The notes under the pieces were generated by a model that saw only the letters and a program-made list of their open reading frames with translations, was not told the DNA's origin and made no database searches. A stretch of DNA of 64,000 nucleotides, from assembly GCA_963675295.2 (NCBI GenBank), contig CAXXKJ010000002.1, positions 1,632,001 through 1,696,000 on the forward strand. Direction: 5' to 3'. The translations under genes and the position numbers were made by a program. Origin of the DNA: a bacterium (GTDB taxonomy: Bacteria; Electryoneota; Electryoneia; Electryoneales; Electryoneaceae). Positions 49,228-59,994 of the stretch are shown piece after piece. The stretch's first letter is position 1; every line of letters starts with the position of its first letter.

Positions 49228-49358
49228 TCGATCTCAACCCCGCTTGTATCATCTCCGCAAAACTTGAACCTTCCGGGTTGCGAACGTAGGTTACCCGCTC
49301 GCTTGCCGTATGTCGTATTTTCTACATTCGGCGACTACATCCACTTGCAGGTTAGATC

Positions 49359-49910
49359 ATGGCTCAGAACAAGCCCGTACGCCGGGCGACAACCGTACTG
49401 GCGGTTCGTCACGGACGAACCAGCGCCATTGGCGCGGACGGTCAGGTCAGTTTCGACGACACGATTCTCAAGGCGACAGCGTCCAAATTGCGCACCCTCG
49501 GCGACGGCAAGGTTGCGGTCGGATTCGCGGGCGGTGTCGCGGACGCGCTGACCCTGTTCGACCGCTTCGACGAGAAGTTGCGCGCGTACCCGAAAGAAAT
49601 CCGTCGCGCTGCGGTGGAGCTGGCGAAGGACTGGCGTACCGATCGTGCGCTACGCCGGCTGGAGGCGATGCTGGTCGCGGCGACGAAAAAGGAGCTGTTC
49701 CTCATCAGCGGACAGGGCGACGTGATCGAGCCGGATGATGGCGTGCTTGCCGTCGGAAGCGGTGGTGCGTACGCGACCGCCGCCGCGCGGGCGTTGATCC
49801 GCCACGGCAACAGCAAGATGACGGCGGAGGAGATCGTGCGTGAATCACTGCAGATCGCGTCCGAGATTTGTGTCTTTACCAACGATCAGATCGAGGTAAT
49901 CAACCTATGA
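49359..49910 (+). CDS. hslV: ATP-dependent protease subunit HslV
   Basis: [30 protein letters not shown]. Confidence 0.96.
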   Translation: MAQNKPVRRATTVLAVRHGRTSAIGADGQVSFDDTILKATASKLRTLGDGKVAVGFAGGVADALTLFDRFDEKLRAYPKEIRRAAVELAKDWRTDRALRRLEAMLVAATKKELFLISGQGDVIEPDDGVLAVGSGGAYATAAARALIRHGNSKMTAEEIVRESLQIASEICVFTNDQIEVINL

Positions 49911-51382
49911 AGCCCCTGCTCGAACTCACACCGCGGCAGATTGTCCGCGAGCTGGATGAATACGTCATCGGCCAGAAAGATGCCAAGCGCGCGGTCGCAA
50001 TTGCGTTGCGCAACCGCTACCGCCGCAAGCGTGTCGAAGGCGAGATGCGCGAGGAAATCCTCCCGAACAACATCCTGATGATCGGGCCGACCGGTGTCGG
50101 GAAGACAGAGATCGCCCGCCGGCTCGCACGCCTGGCCGGTGCGCCGTTCATCAAGGTCGAGGCGAGCAAGTACACTGAGGTCGGGTATGTTGGCCGCGAC
50201 GTCGAGGGCATGGTCCGTGACCTGGCGGAGACGGCTGTCTCGATGGTGCGCGAGGAGTTCAGCGACCAGGTGCAGCAGGCCGCGGCACAGCGTGTCGAGG
50301 AGAAATTGCTCGATTTGCTGATCCCGCCACCACCGAAGATCAAGAAGCAGGGACGATCCTCCGGATCAATCACCTCCATGCTGGAAGCGGCGTTCAACAC
50401 GGACGATGACGACGACAGTATCAGCGAACCGGAAGTTACCGAGGACGAGATTATCGAAGAGGAGGACAGCGGTCCGGATCCGAAGCAGGAACGCTACCTC
50501 CGCACGCGCGAGAAATTCTGCCAACGCCTGCGCGACGGCAAACTGGACGAGTCCGAGGTCGAGATCAAGTTGCAGGATCGCGGCGGCGGCATGGTGCAGG
50601 TGTTCGGCCCGATGGGGCTGGAAGAGATGGGGATGAACCTGCAGGAAATGCTGGGTCCGATGATGCCGCGGAAGAAGAAATCCCGGCGTCTCCCCGTCAA
50701 CCAGGCTCGCGAGCTGTTACTGAACGAAGAGATCGAGCGTCTGCTTGATATGGATGCCGTGGTCACCGAAGCCCTCGACCGGGTGGAGGAGATGGGCATC
50801 ATCATTGTCGATGAAATTGACAAGATCGTCGGTCCGGACGAAGGCGGCGGTTCCGGTCCCGATGTCAGCCGCGAGGGTGTGCAACGTGACATCCTGCCGA
50901 TCGTCGAAGGCACGCGGGTGATGACCAAATACGGGCCGATTCAGACCGAACACATCCTGTTCATCGCGGCGGGAGCGTTCCACGTTTCGAAGCCGTCCGA
51001 CCTGATTCCGGAGCTGCAGGGACGGTTCCCGATCCGGGTCGAGCTGGACGCGCTCGGCAAGAAGGAATTTGTCCGCATCCTGACCCAGCCGCGTAATGCG
51101 CTGGTCAAGCAGTACCAAGCCCTGCTGGCGGCGGATGGTGTCGAATTGGAGTTCGACAAGTCGGCGCTGAGCGCCATCGCGGACATCGCGGAGCAGTTGA
51201 ACGAAACCACGGAAAACATTGGCGCGCGGCGATTGCATACCGTGATGTCAACCTTGTTGGAAGAGTTGATGTTCAAGATTCCGTCGCCGAAGATCAAGCA
51301 GGTGACGTTCACGCGGCAGGACGTCAAGGATATACTCGACGACCTGATCGAAGACGAAGACCTGTCGCGGTACATTCTGTAA
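49907..51382 (+). CDS. hslU: ATP-dependent protease ATPase HslU
   Basis: [19 protein letters not shown]-terminal DLSRYIL. Confidence 0.97.
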   Translation: MKPLLELTPRQIVRELDEYVIGQKDAKRAVAIALRNRYRRKRVEGEMREEILPNNILMIGPTGVGKTEIARRLARLAGAPFIKVEASKYTEVGYVGRDVEGMVRDLAETAVSMVREEFSDQVQQAAAQRVEEKLLDLLIPPPPKIKKQGRSSGSITSMLEAAFNTDDDDDSISEPEVTEDEIIEEEDSGPDPKQERYLRTREKFCQRLRDGKLDESEVEIKLQDRGGGMVQVFGPMGLEEMGMNLQEMLGPMMPRKKKSRRLPVNQARELLLNEEIERLLDMDAVVTEALDRVEEMGIIIVDEIDKIVGPDEGGGSGPDVSREGVQRDILPIVEGTRVMTKYGPIQTEHILFIAAGAFHVSKPSDLIPELQGRFPIRVELDALGKKEFVRILTQPRNALVKQYQALLAADGVELEFDKSALSAIADIAEQLNETTENIGARRLHTVMSTLLEELMFKIPSPKIKQVTFTRQDVKDILDDLIEDEDLSRYIL

Positions 51383-51624
51383 GCCGTTCATTTTGTTGAA
51401 CAGAGGGGAATGAACGTTCTCAATGCCCGGAGTCGTGGGAGCCGGTTGGATCGCGAAAAACAGCGCAGGTTTGTACGGATTACGCTCCGTATGTCAAGTG
51501 ATAAACCGGCAAAGTGATATATAAGAATGCGTCAAATCTGCTAAAAAACACGAAATACTACTCGTTGAACGAGGAATAGTGCAGTAGAATTCGGTGATTT
51601 GTGTCACGCTGTCAGATTTTTGTC

Positions 51625-51653
51625 TTGACAGGCCGGATTGGGCTCAGTACCTT
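51625..51653 (+). promoter_or_regulatory. Sigma70-type promoter
   Basis: TTGACA-17bp-TACCTT. Confidence 0.55.
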
Positions 51654-51819
51654 GTTTTCAGGGAGCGGCGCGTGTAGTTTTGCGGTTGGGAGACCGCAGC
51701 CAGCCGGCTTGGAACCCTGGGCGAAGAATTTCGTGATGTAGAACTGTTGCGAAAAGGAGTCTGTTCGCGTTCATTTGGTGAGATTGGACGCAGCTTCCAC
51801 TCAAGCAAAGGAAGACGGT

Positions 51820-52749
51820 TTGAAGAAACCGTACAACAAACGCCGGTACCACCTGCTGATACAACAGGCAGGATCCAGTTCCCTTGAACAGCTCGAGATT
51901 CAGAGCGGGCTGGTCAAGTTGGGATTGGCGGCACTGGTCGTGTTCATCCTCGGTGCGGTCGCAGGGGGTGCGTACCTGTTCGGCGAGATGCATGCTCGCA
52001 GCCGGATGGGGCACTTGCAGGATGAAAATCAATTGCTCGCACACCAGCTGGACCAGGTGAAGGGCGAGCTGAATCAGGTGATCAGTTCGGTGGACTCACT
52101 TGTGGACCGTGAGCAGGGCTTGCGTCTGCGTGTTGACCTTCCACCGGTTGACGAAGACGTGCTCGAAGCTGGTATCGGTTCGTTGGTACCTCGTGAAACG
52201 GAAGTGATCGCGGATGCGCGTGTCGAGGATCTGCTGGTCGAACTCGACCATCTCGAGCGCCGGTTGTCGGTTACACGGCAGTCGTACGGCGAAATTCAGC
52301 AGAAGATCATTGACGACGAACAGCGGCTGCAGCACATTCCGTCGATCATGCCGATCCAGGAAGGTCGGTTGACGGACAACTTCGGCTATCGCCGTGATCC
52401 GTTTACCGGACGCCGGGCGTTCCACCATGGAGCGGACTTCAGCGCTCCGCGTGGCACGCCGGTGTATGTGACGGCGGATGGTGTGGTCAAGCGTGTGTAT
52501 AAGGCCCCGGGCTACGGCAACATGGTCGAGGTCGATCATGGGATGGGCTACACGACGGTGTACGGCCACCTGAAGCGAGCGCATGTGCGCAAGGGGCAGC
52601 AGGTCAAGCGTGGCGAGATGATCGCAGAAGTCGGCAACACAGGTCGTTCGACGGCGCCGCACCTGCACTACGAAGTCCGGATTGAAAACACGGCTGTCGA
52701 TCCGCTCGATTATTTCTACGAGGGGTACGCGTTGTGGTCTGGACGTTGA
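51820..52749 (+). CDS. M23-family metallopeptidase
   Basis: TM + coiled coil, HHGADF, YGHL, PHLHYEV. Confidence 0.93.
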   Translation: MKKPYNKRRYHLLIQQAGSSSLEQLEIQSGLVKLGLAALVVFILGAVAGGAYLFGEMHARSRMGHLQDENQLLAHQLDQVKGELNQVISSVDSLVDREQGLRLRVDLPPVDEDVLEAGIGSLVPRETEVIADARVEDLLVELDHLERRLSVTRQSYGEIQQKIIDDEQRLQHIPSIMPIQEGRLTDNFGYRRDPFTGRRAFHHGADFSAPRGTPVYVTADGVVKRVYKAPGYGNMVEVDHGMGYTTVYGHLKRAHVRKGQQVKRGEMIAEVGNTGRSTAPHLHYEVRIENTAVDPLDYFYEGYALWSGR

Positions 52750-52778
52750 CGTTGTCAGCGTTCCTGGATTGACTCTTC

Positions 52779-52803
52779 ACGGCCCCGGTTTCGGGGCCGT
52801 TTT
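52779..52803 (+). terminator. Intrinsic terminator
   Basis: ACGGCCCCG-gttt-CGGGGCCGT followed by TTT. Confidence 0.75.
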
Positions 52804-52884
52804 GCTTTGGGTGCGATTCGGGATCCTGCAAATGGCTGCGGCTCCAGGAGTAGAAGGAGACGGTTGAGGATGAGGACAGCGATC

Positions 52885-52926
52885 TGTACATTTCAACGTA
52901 CAGGTACTCGTACTGATAGATGTACA
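52885..52926 (+). promoter_or_regulatory. TA operator array
   Basis: TGTACA, CGTACA, CGTACT, TGTACA at exact 12-bp period. Confidence 0.7.
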
Positions 52927-52959
52927 TTTTTATCCTGAAAATCATTGTTGAGAGAGCGA

Positions 52960-53220
52960 ATGCACACGTACAGTGTAACCGAAGCGAGGGCGCGATTCGC
53001 TGAGATGATCCGTCAATCGAGGAAACACGTCGTCCAGATTACGGATCGTAACCGTCCAGCTGTCGCTGTTTTGGACTGGGACGAATACGAATCCCTGCTC
53101 GAGACGATGGAATTGCTTTCCGACCCGGATGCAATGAAGGAAATCCGTGAGGGCATCAAGGATGCACAAGAGGGGCGCACGATCAGCCTCAAGGAAGTGA
53201 AAAAAGACCTTGGACTGTGA
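52960..53220 (+). CDS. Phd/YefM-family antitoxin
   Basis: SVTEARARFAEMI...ITDRNRPAVAVL...YESLLETMELL. Confidence 0.92.
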   Translation: MHTYSVTEARARFAEMIRQSRKHVVQITDRNRPAVAVLDWDEYESLLETMELLSDPDAMKEIREGIKDAQEGRTISLKEVKKDLGL

Positions 53221-53531
53221 GGGTGGCCGAGGTTGAGCTGACACAGAAGGCGCACCAGAATTTGCGTGAGCTGCGGAACCCAGCGATTGCCAGACAGATC
53301 ATCGCCCAGTTGGAACGATTGGGCGAGGAACCGCGGCTGGGCAAATTGCTCGGCGACGAATTGCAGGGGTATCGTGCTGTTCGTGCGGCTCGAGGCCGGT
53401 ATCGGGTAGTCTATGAGTATCACGAAGAGCAAAACAAAGTCGTCATTATCCGGATCGGGATTCGACGTGACCGTGACCGCAGCGATGTTTATCAGCAGCT
53501 GAAGCGTGACATCCGCCGGTCAGGCCGATGA
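53217..53531 (+). CDS. RelE/ParE-family toxin
   Basis: GK.L..EL.GYR..R...YRVVY...IIRIGIRR; 4-bp overlap with the antitoxin gene. Confidence 0.9.
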   Translation: MRVAEVELTQKAHQNLRELRNPAIARQIIAQLERLGEEPRLGKLLGDELQGYRAVRAARGRYRVVYEYHEEQNKVVIIRIGIRRDRDRSDVYQQLKRDIRRSGR

Positions 53532-53674
53532 GTGGGAGTTGCGGTTCTCAGTGAGTCTGACTGATCTGAGTTTAAAGTCAGCAGATCGATATTGTATCCA
53601 CTATATTGCGTGCCGCAGGAAACTGCGGAGTGCGATGATCGTGTAAGAAGTACGTAGTCGGTTCTTTCACAATT

Positions 53675-54053
53675 GGGGACGATTGGTTTCGACGGGACGA
53701 TGGGAGGCGGTACTCGCGCGTCGGGGTGGTTCGTGGCCCCGCACCCCTGCGAACAAACCTTCAAATGCCGATGATTACGGCTATGCTATGGCTGCCTGAT
53801 CTAGCTTAGATCACGCATAAAAAGCCACGTCAACAGTTTGCCTTGGCCGTTCGGCGAGCTGCTTGACGACGCGATGAACGGCCTGCTCGGTTGGCGCGTG
53901 CTCGAGCGCCGCCGCTAAGCTTTTCGAGCTGGATGAATCTGGCCTGCCACTTGGCCTTACGGATTCATTGAGACTGCAATAGAGTGGCTACACGCGTAGA
54001 CGGTATCGTGGCCCCGTATCCGGACCCGGGTTCGACTCCCGGCGTCTCCACCA
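53675..54053 (+). ncRNA. ssrA: tmRNA; tag reading frame ADDYGYAMAA* at 53767-53799
   Basis: 5' GGGGACG..TTCGAC; acceptor stem with G3:U pair; T-arm CCGGGTTCGACTCCCGG; 3' CGTCTCCACCA. Confidence 0.96.
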
Positions 54054-54057
54054 TGTT

Positions 54058-54096
54058 AGCCCTCAGGCCTTGTGATTAAAGGCTTGGGGGCTTTTT
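54058..54096 (+). terminator. Terminator-like hairpin after ssrA
   Basis: AGCCC.CAGGCCTT / AAGGCTTG.GGGCT followed by a T run. Confidence 0.65.
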
Positions 54097-54107
54097 CGCT
54101 CTTGCGG

Positions 54108-54128
54108 ATGTGCCAGATATGTGCCATA
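54108..54128 (+). repeat. Putative integrase arm-type binding sites
   Basis: ATGTGCCAGA / ATGTGCCATA direct repeat (11-bp period) between ssrA and int. Confidence 0.55.
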
Positions 54129-54169
54129 TTTGCTGATACCATCTGGTACGATTAAGGAAATTTTGGAAA

Positions 54170-55264
54170 ATGAACGACCGTCCGAAAGTGCCAACCATCC
54201 GACAGCGCACCAACCCAAGTGGGAAAAAAGTCTGGATTATTGACTACGTCGATCCCGAGACAGGTGGGCGTAAACGCGAAACGATAGGAACACGCAAAGA
54301 AGATGCCGAGCGTCGCAAAGATCACCTTTACGACGAGATGATGGTCCAGTGGCGCGGAGACGGTGTTCTGCTACAAGACGACATCACCATCGAAGATTTG
54401 CTGACAGAATTCTTCCGCCACAAAGAACGATCCCTCAAACCAAAGTCGAAGGTGCGCTACCGGATCTACGAGAAAAACTTCTTGGATTTCATGAAGGCTG
54501 CGTTTCCGCAGGTGACTTTTTGCCGTCAGATTCAGAAAATCTACCTGGAAGAGTGTCTTGATCATCTCGCTCAATCGGGGCAGAAGAACGGTACCGTGAA
54601 CGGGCAGCTAAGATGGTTCCGCACGTTGTTCAACTTTGCCGTTAGGGAGCGCCGACTTCTGACTAGTCCTGCACAGCACATAAGTGGACGTCCGGATGAC
54701 CGAAAAGCCCGACCGAACAAAGCTTGGTCACCTGAACAGGTAGAACAAATCCTACAGAAGCTGAACCCCCACTGGCGACAGATCCACGAATTTCTGTACC
54801 TGACTGGAATGCGGCAGGGTGAACTTATCAACCTTACGTGGGATGCAGTGAAACTCGATGATCGCATACCACACATTTCGATTCAAGCCAGCGATGACTG
54901 GACCCCGAAAGACAATGAAATCAGGCATATTCAGCTTGGTGGGCGCGGTATCGATATCGTCAAATCCCAGTCGAAGCATGAGAACCATCCATACGTTTTT
55001 ACTGGACCGATGGGGAGGAAGATCAACCCGAATAGAATTTATGACGTTCTCAAGGAAGTGCTTAAGGAGCTTGGTTTTCCCGGTTCAACTCATTGGTGGC
55101 GAGGGACTTTCACCTCAAGATTAGCAGAAAAGGGCCATAGCGCCGAAGCTTTGGCGAAACTGTTGGGCCATAGCACCACAGAAATGACAGGCCGATATAC
55201 TTATTTTCGGGATGAACATCTTCAGCAAATCGTCCACGATCTTGATCCAGTAACTGGGGATTGA
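54170..55264 (+). CDS. Tyrosine recombinase/integrase
   Basis: TGMRQGE, HWWR, LLGH, RY catalytic set; N-terminal arm-binding-like region. Confidence 0.95.
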   Translation: MNDRPKVPTIRQRTNPSGKKVWIIDYVDPETGGRKRETIGTRKEDAERRKDHLYDEMMVQWRGDGVLLQDDITIEDLLTEFFRHKERSLKPKSKVRYRIYEKNFLDFMKAAFPQVTFCRQIQKIYLEECLDHLAQSGQKNGTVNGQLRWFRTLFNFAVRERRLLTSPAQHISGRPDDRKARPNKAWSPEQVEQILQKLNPHWRQIHEFLYLTGMRQGELINLTWDAVKLDDRIPHISIQASDDWTPKDNEIRHIQLGGRGIDIVKSQSKHENHPYVFTGPMGRKINPNRIYDVLKEVLKELGFPGSTHWWRGTFTSRLAEKGHSAEALAKLLGHSTTEMTGRYTYFRDEHLQQIVHDLDPVTGD

Positions 55265-55716
55265 ACTGAAAATTCCCAAAATTCAATTTGACTGATTCAA
55301 CTTCTACTTCAGCGACCTTAGAAACCTTGTATTATCCTGTAAATTTAACAAAAACAATGTAATGTATTCAATAACTTGAAATCCGTCCTGAAAACACTCA
55401 TAATAGTACCAAGTGAAATCAGTGAAAAGGCGCATTAGGCTGGACCCAGGCACAAATTCGCCCAACAAACCGCAAGTTTACCGCACGTTGATATCCTGAT
55501 TCCCACTGAAGTTAGACCCCAGACAGCGACCACGACCATAGGGGTGTAAACCCCACTGAATCCGCAGGAAATGCGCGCGGAGCCAGGACAGTGACATTCC
55601 GACAAAACGACATATCGACATTGCTGTATTACCGGAAGATTGCAATGTCATGTTCAGCAGAATTTTGGCGAAATTGGCCACTTCTGATCCGGATTCGTGC
55701 AAGAAGAATTTGGGTC

Positions 55717-55744
55717 TTGACAAATTCGAAAACCGTCCTATACT
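55717..55744 (+). promoter_or_regulatory. Near-consensus sigma70 promoter
   Basis: TTGACA-16bp-TATACT. Confidence 0.7.
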
Positions 55745-56028
55745 TAGAATAGGGCGCGCAGAACTGTTCGCTACCTCGACCTGACCAGACAGCAGACACC
55801 TTACCAGCGACACCCTACAGATTGGTGGATTGCTAAAACCCAGTATCCGGGATTCCCCATCCCGACGTTGGTTGCCCCAATCCATATAGTATCACCCGGC
55901 CGTGTTTCGGATTTCACTTCATCATCCCGCTTCCAGGGATAGCCCGTCCAGGAATTCAGTGGACGGGTTCCCTAACCCGTGGTGATGACTGAAAATGCAC
56001 GGAACATGATCACAACCAGGAGAAAGAC

Positions 56029-56262
56029 ATGGGACTACATACAGCAACAATCGAAATTCTTGAAGACGATCGCCTTTGTGCGGCGGTCATGAAAGCGGTG
56101 GGAAGGAACTATTCAAACCGCTATATCCAGCGTCAATTCGGCGTTTCAAGACGCCAGCTGGAAAGAATCGTCCAGACGTATTCGAATCCGCAAAATGGAA
56201 TGAAATCAATCGGGAATAAGAATGTGAATGGATGGCTAACCGTAGTAAAATCAAAAACATAA
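56029..56262 (+). CDS. Small HTH DNA-binding protein (regulator/excisionase-like)
   Basis: AGGAG RBS; SNRYIQRQFGVSRRQLERI. Confidence 0.65.
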   Translation: MGLHTATIEILEDDRLCAAVMKAVGRNYSNRYIQRQFGVSRRQLERIVQTYSNPQNGMKSIGNKNVNGWLTVVKSKT

Positions 56263-56280
56263 ATAAATCGGAGCTAAAAT

Positions 56281-58746
56281 ATGACAAGTGATATCAAACG
56301 AACACTGAAAACGATCTGTGGGGAAGATCAAATCACAGAATTACGCGCCCTGAATGTGCACGATCCAGAAATGGGGAACACCAGGAATTACAGCGGTTTC
56401 TTCAACGACTATGAAGCAATGGCATCAGAAGCAGAACGAATCGGCCTATACGCCGAAGGGGTCTATTTCACACCGAATCCCGTTGACCCAGCCGCTGTTC
56501 AAGGAAAGATGAACAAGCTGACGCCAGCTGAAACAGGTGGTTCAGCAAAGGACCACGAGGTATCCAGAATCCGCTGGCTACTAATCGACTGCGATCCCAT
56601 TCGAACGACAAAGACTGCAGCAACCGATGTGCAGCGTGATGCAGCGCTGTCACTAGCGCAGCGAATCCGCGAACGTCTTGACGAGCTGGGATGGTCACAC
56701 CCCGTTGTCGCCAATTCGGGCAACGGTGCACACCTTATGTATCGTGTAGATCTGCCGGTTCAAGATAAGCACCTGGTTCAGGGTGCGCTGTTGGCCTTGG
56801 CGGATATGTTCAACACGCCGGAAGTATTGGTCGATGTCAAAGTCCATAACCCGTCCCGGGTCTGGCGTCTGTACGGTACCTGGAACCGAAAGGGCGACAA
56901 CACCCCGGATCGCCCACATCGACAATCAATGATTAACTGGGACGAAACCCCGAATGATCTGATCACATTATCGCGCGAACAACTGGTGGCGATTCAACCG
57001 GTACGGTTTGAATCCAAGGTGTCAACTGGATCAGACGGATCAGGAAACTTCGATCTGGAAGATTGGATCAATGAACATCGACAGAAACTGGTCCCGTATG
57101 GTTTGCGTGGGCCAATGGATTGGACACACGATCTGGCGGGGAATACTGGCACAAAATGGGTGCTTCAAAGCTGCCCTTGGAATTCCGATCACGACAACGG
57201 TGCAGCCTTCATTGTACAGCGTGCAGACGGTCCCGTCGCAGCTGGTTGTCATCATAACGGTTGCCAGGGTAAAGGATGGCATGACCTTCGCGATGTGATT
57301 GAACCAGAATGGCGCAAGCGACGTCGATATCCGCATACGGACTATGGCAACGCCGAACGCCTGGTTGCCCATCACGGCGATGACATTCGCTACTGCTATC
57401 AGCAGAAGAACTGGTATGTCTGGGATGGTACCCGCTGGGCACTGGATGATACCGGCGCTGTCATGCGTAAAGCAAAAGCTACCGCCAGGGCAATCCTTCA
57501 CGAAGCTGATGGTGTGCAGGATCGCGAAAAACGTGATGCCATACTTGGTTGGATGAAGCAGTCCGAATCAGCCCAGAAGTTGAAGTCCATGATCGACTTG
57601 GCGGGCAGCGAAGAAAAAGTGGCAACGTCGGTCAACGAATTTGACCAGAATCCGTGGCTGTTGAACGTCGAAAATGGAACGATCGACCTGCAAACCGGCA
57701 CGCTGAAATTCCACGACAGGGATGATTTCATCACAAAAAAACTACCTGTTCGTTGGCAGGGACTAGATACACAGTTACCACTATGGGAACGCTTCCTGGA
57801 TGAAGCGACTGATGGTGACACTGAACTACAGACTTTTCTGCAACGCGCTGTCGGCTATTCCTTGACGGGTAGGACGGACGAAGAAGTCTTGTTTTTTATT
57901 CACGGTCTTGCAGCGTCGGGCAAATCCACCTTCATTGAAGCTGTCAAAAGCGCGATGGGTGACTACTGCACCACCGCAGATTTCGAAACCTTCCTGAAGC
58001 GCAGCAACACGGGTAGTCCGCGCAACGACATCGCCAGATTAGTGGGATCACGATTCGTTGCATCCATCGAAGTCGATGAAGGCAAAGCCTTGGCTGAAGG
58101 ACTAATCAAATCGGTTACGGGTGGCGACACTGTCAGCGCACGCTTTCTGTTCAAAGAAGCGTTCGAATTTGTACCCGTATTCAAATTGTGGCTTGTTGCG
58201 AACGATGCCCCAGATGTGAAAGCCGGTGACGATGCGATGTGGCGTCGTATTCTGCGCGTACCGTTCGAACACGTGGTACCGAAAGACAAGCGCGATCCAC
58301 AAGTCAAGGCGCAGCTGAAAAATCCAGAAATCGCTGGTCCTGCAATTTTAGCCTGGGCTGTGCGTGGGTGTCTTGATTGGCAGAAAAATGGACTGAACAT
58401 CCCGGACGCTGTCACCAACGCGACCGAAGAATACCGCAAGGAAATGAACCCACTTTCGGACTTCATCACCGACTACTGCACAGTTGACACCAATGATCAC
58501 GTCTTGTGGGAACCGACGGCAAACCTGCGCCAGGCTTATCTGGAATGGGGCAGGTCGAATGGATCCGGACAACACATCAATGACCGCCAATTCGGAAAGC
58601 TGTTGCGTGAAATGGACTGCCAACCAGAATCCAGACAGTTCGGTGGAACGAAAACACGCGGATGGCAGGGTGTCAGATTGGATGAAAGGCACCGCGACGA
58701 CAACGGCAGGTTCAAACCAGTAGTTTGTTTTGATGGTCTGTTCTGA
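56281..58746 (+). CDS. P4-family primase-helicase (AEP-like primase, Zn-binding domain, D5_N, SF3 helicase)
   Basis: LLIDCDP, SGNGAH, RVWRLYGT.NRKG; CPW..DH...CHH.GC; TDYGNAERL; GLAASGKST; IKSVTGGD; WRRI. Confidence 0.93.
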   Translation: MTSDIKRTLKTICGEDQITELRALNVHDPEMGNTRNYSGFFNDYEAMASEAERIGLYAEGVYFTPNPVDPAAVQGKMNKLTPAETGGSAKDHEVSRIRWLLIDCDPIRTTKTAATDVQRDAALSLAQRIRERLDELGWSHPVVANSGNGAHLMYRVDLPVQDKHLVQGALLALADMFNTPEVLVDVKVHNPSRVWRLYGTWNRKGDNTPDRPHRQSMINWDETPNDLITLSREQLVAIQPVRFESKVSTGSDGSGNFDLEDWINEHRQKLVPYGLRGPMDWTHDLAGNTGTKWVLQSCPWNSDHDNGAAFIVQRADGPVAAGCHHNGCQGKGWHDLRDVIEPEWRKRRRYPHTDYGNAERLVAHHGDDIRYCYQQKNWYVWDGTRWALDDTGAVMRKAKATARAILHEADGVQDREKRDAILGWMKQSESAQKLKSMIDLAGSEEKVATSVNEFDQNPWLLNVENGTIDLQTGTLKFHDRDDFITKKLPVRWQGLDTQLPLWERFLDEATDGDTELQTFLQRAVGYSLTGRTDEEVLFFIHGLAASGKSTFIEAVKSAMGDYCTTADFETFLKRSNTGSPRNDIARLVGSRFVASIEVDEGKALAEGLIKSVTGGDTVSARFLFKEAFEFVPVFKLWLVANDAPDVKAGDDAMWRRILRVPFEHVVPKDKRDPQVKAQLKNPEIAGPAILAWAVRGCLDWQKNGLNIPDAVTNATEEYRKEMNPLSDFITDYCTVDTNDHVLWEPTANLRQAYLEWGRSNGSGQHINDRQFGKLLREMDCQPESRQFGGTKTRGWQGVRLDERHRDDNGRFKPVVCFDGLF

Positions 58747-58750
58747 TCCT

Positions 58751-58858
58751 TGGGACGGATGGGTCGCTTCGGGCGGCACTTTCTATTACCCTTCCTTCGT
58801 GAAGGGTTTTCTTATGAAGAATGTGGAATCTGCTGTCCGATCCGCCCTATGTGTCCCA
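58751..58858. other. Putative replication origin (imperfect inverted repeats around a central palindrome)
   Basis: 28-bp arms 58751-58778 and 58831-58858 (20/28 complementary by hand), CCCTTC-N6-GAAGGG at 58789-58806, A-rich tract after. Confidence 0.55.
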
Positions 58859-59024
58859 CCAGAAAATTTCAAAAAATAAAAAAATCAGCTTCGCGTTCCC
58901 TGGCTCGATCTATATAGAAAGCCCGGTATTTTCCTCACCGGGTATTTTCCACCGGCACCCCGTATCTGAAAGCACTTTCTGCTGGCTGACCAGAGGAACT
59001 TCAAACTTATCACGAGAACAATCT

Positions 59025-59243
59025 ATGAAAAATAAAATCAACCACCATTATCTACCCGGCGCAGACTTTGTCCTACCGAATGAAATAGCCGAAATGACGT
59101 ACTTCAAAAAGATCGACTATACAAGGATATCAGAAGATGCCACCGAAGGCTGGGGGATCAGCCTGGGCTATGAAAATCCAGAAGGTGCCGTAGCAGATAT
59201 CTACGAGTACACGCAAGATCGAATCGATCTGCTGATGGAATAG
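59025..59243 (+). pseudogene. Short hypothetical ORF, probably a gene remnant
   Basis: 72 aa of protein-like sequence (GWGISLGY..PEGAVADIYEY) that stops abruptly; a shifted frame continues ADGIESHV. Confidence 0.4.
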
Positions 59244-59337
59244 AATCGCACGTTGAACCTTTGATTGGTTTCTTCTGTGTGGGCCCTTCTTTTTGTTCAG
59301 GGAGATTTTCGTTCACGAAAGCTCCCGGGGGGATAGG

Positions 59338-59622
59338 ATGAAGCATTTACTCAAGAAAGTCGCCCTCATTGTTCTGATCTCGGTACTCTGTGTTCACGCA
59401 CAAGTTTTTGGCACGACTCACCATGTACCAGCAGATTACGCCAGCATCCAGGCCGGTCTCGACGCTTCGGCATCCGGCGACACCGTGCTGGTCCAACCCG
59501 GAACCTATGTCGAGAACATTGATTGGCCGTCGGTGAATAGTATCAAGCTCATCGCTGCCGGGGATAGCAGCAATACAATCATTGATGAGCGAAATGTTGG
59601 TCGTATTCAGCACCCGAATTGA
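59338..59622 (+). pseudogene. Truncated paralog of the downstream beta-helix protein
   Basis: Signal + VPADYASIQAGLD...GDTVLVQPGTYVENIDWPSVNSIKLIAAGDSSNTIID matches the N-terminus of 59995-61833; similarity ends at ~59586. Confidence 0.85.
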
Positions 59623-59994
59623 GGATAGTTTGACGCGATAATGATCACTGGTGATTCCGTGATCCCCCACCATATTCTATTGACGCGTATTCGCCATAGA
59701 CTTTCACTGCGACTCGTTATTGGCTCTAGGGTGCATGTACGTGACATTCGTCACAACACAAGCGACATTCATTCGTTACTTTCGATTGGGGCATTGGGTT
59801 TTCCGAACACACTTCTTCATCCAGATTGGGGGCGACAATTGGATTCCAACCGTTTCGCTAAACACGAGTGGTTGTTCCTCCAGCATTTTGCTAGTCTTTC
59901 CCTTCTTTTCACAGCTGCCATCGATCCGATTGTTAAAACCAGTTGCGTCCGATACAGTTTTACGTACCTAAGATGTGCACTCCTTGGAGGAACC

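Noticed and set aside
51655-51819. Riboswitch upstream of the M23 peptidase
   Set aside because: Small hairpins present, but no c-di-AMP or c-di-GMP consensus recognisable by eye; an Rfam scan would settle it
55478-55885. 135-aa minus-strand ORF as the element's repressor
   Set aside because: No HTH or other motif, and it overlaps a strong plus-strand promoter
59641-59994. N-terminal extension of the beta-helix ORF
   Set aside because: RBS and signal peptide place the start at 59995; the extension is not protein-like
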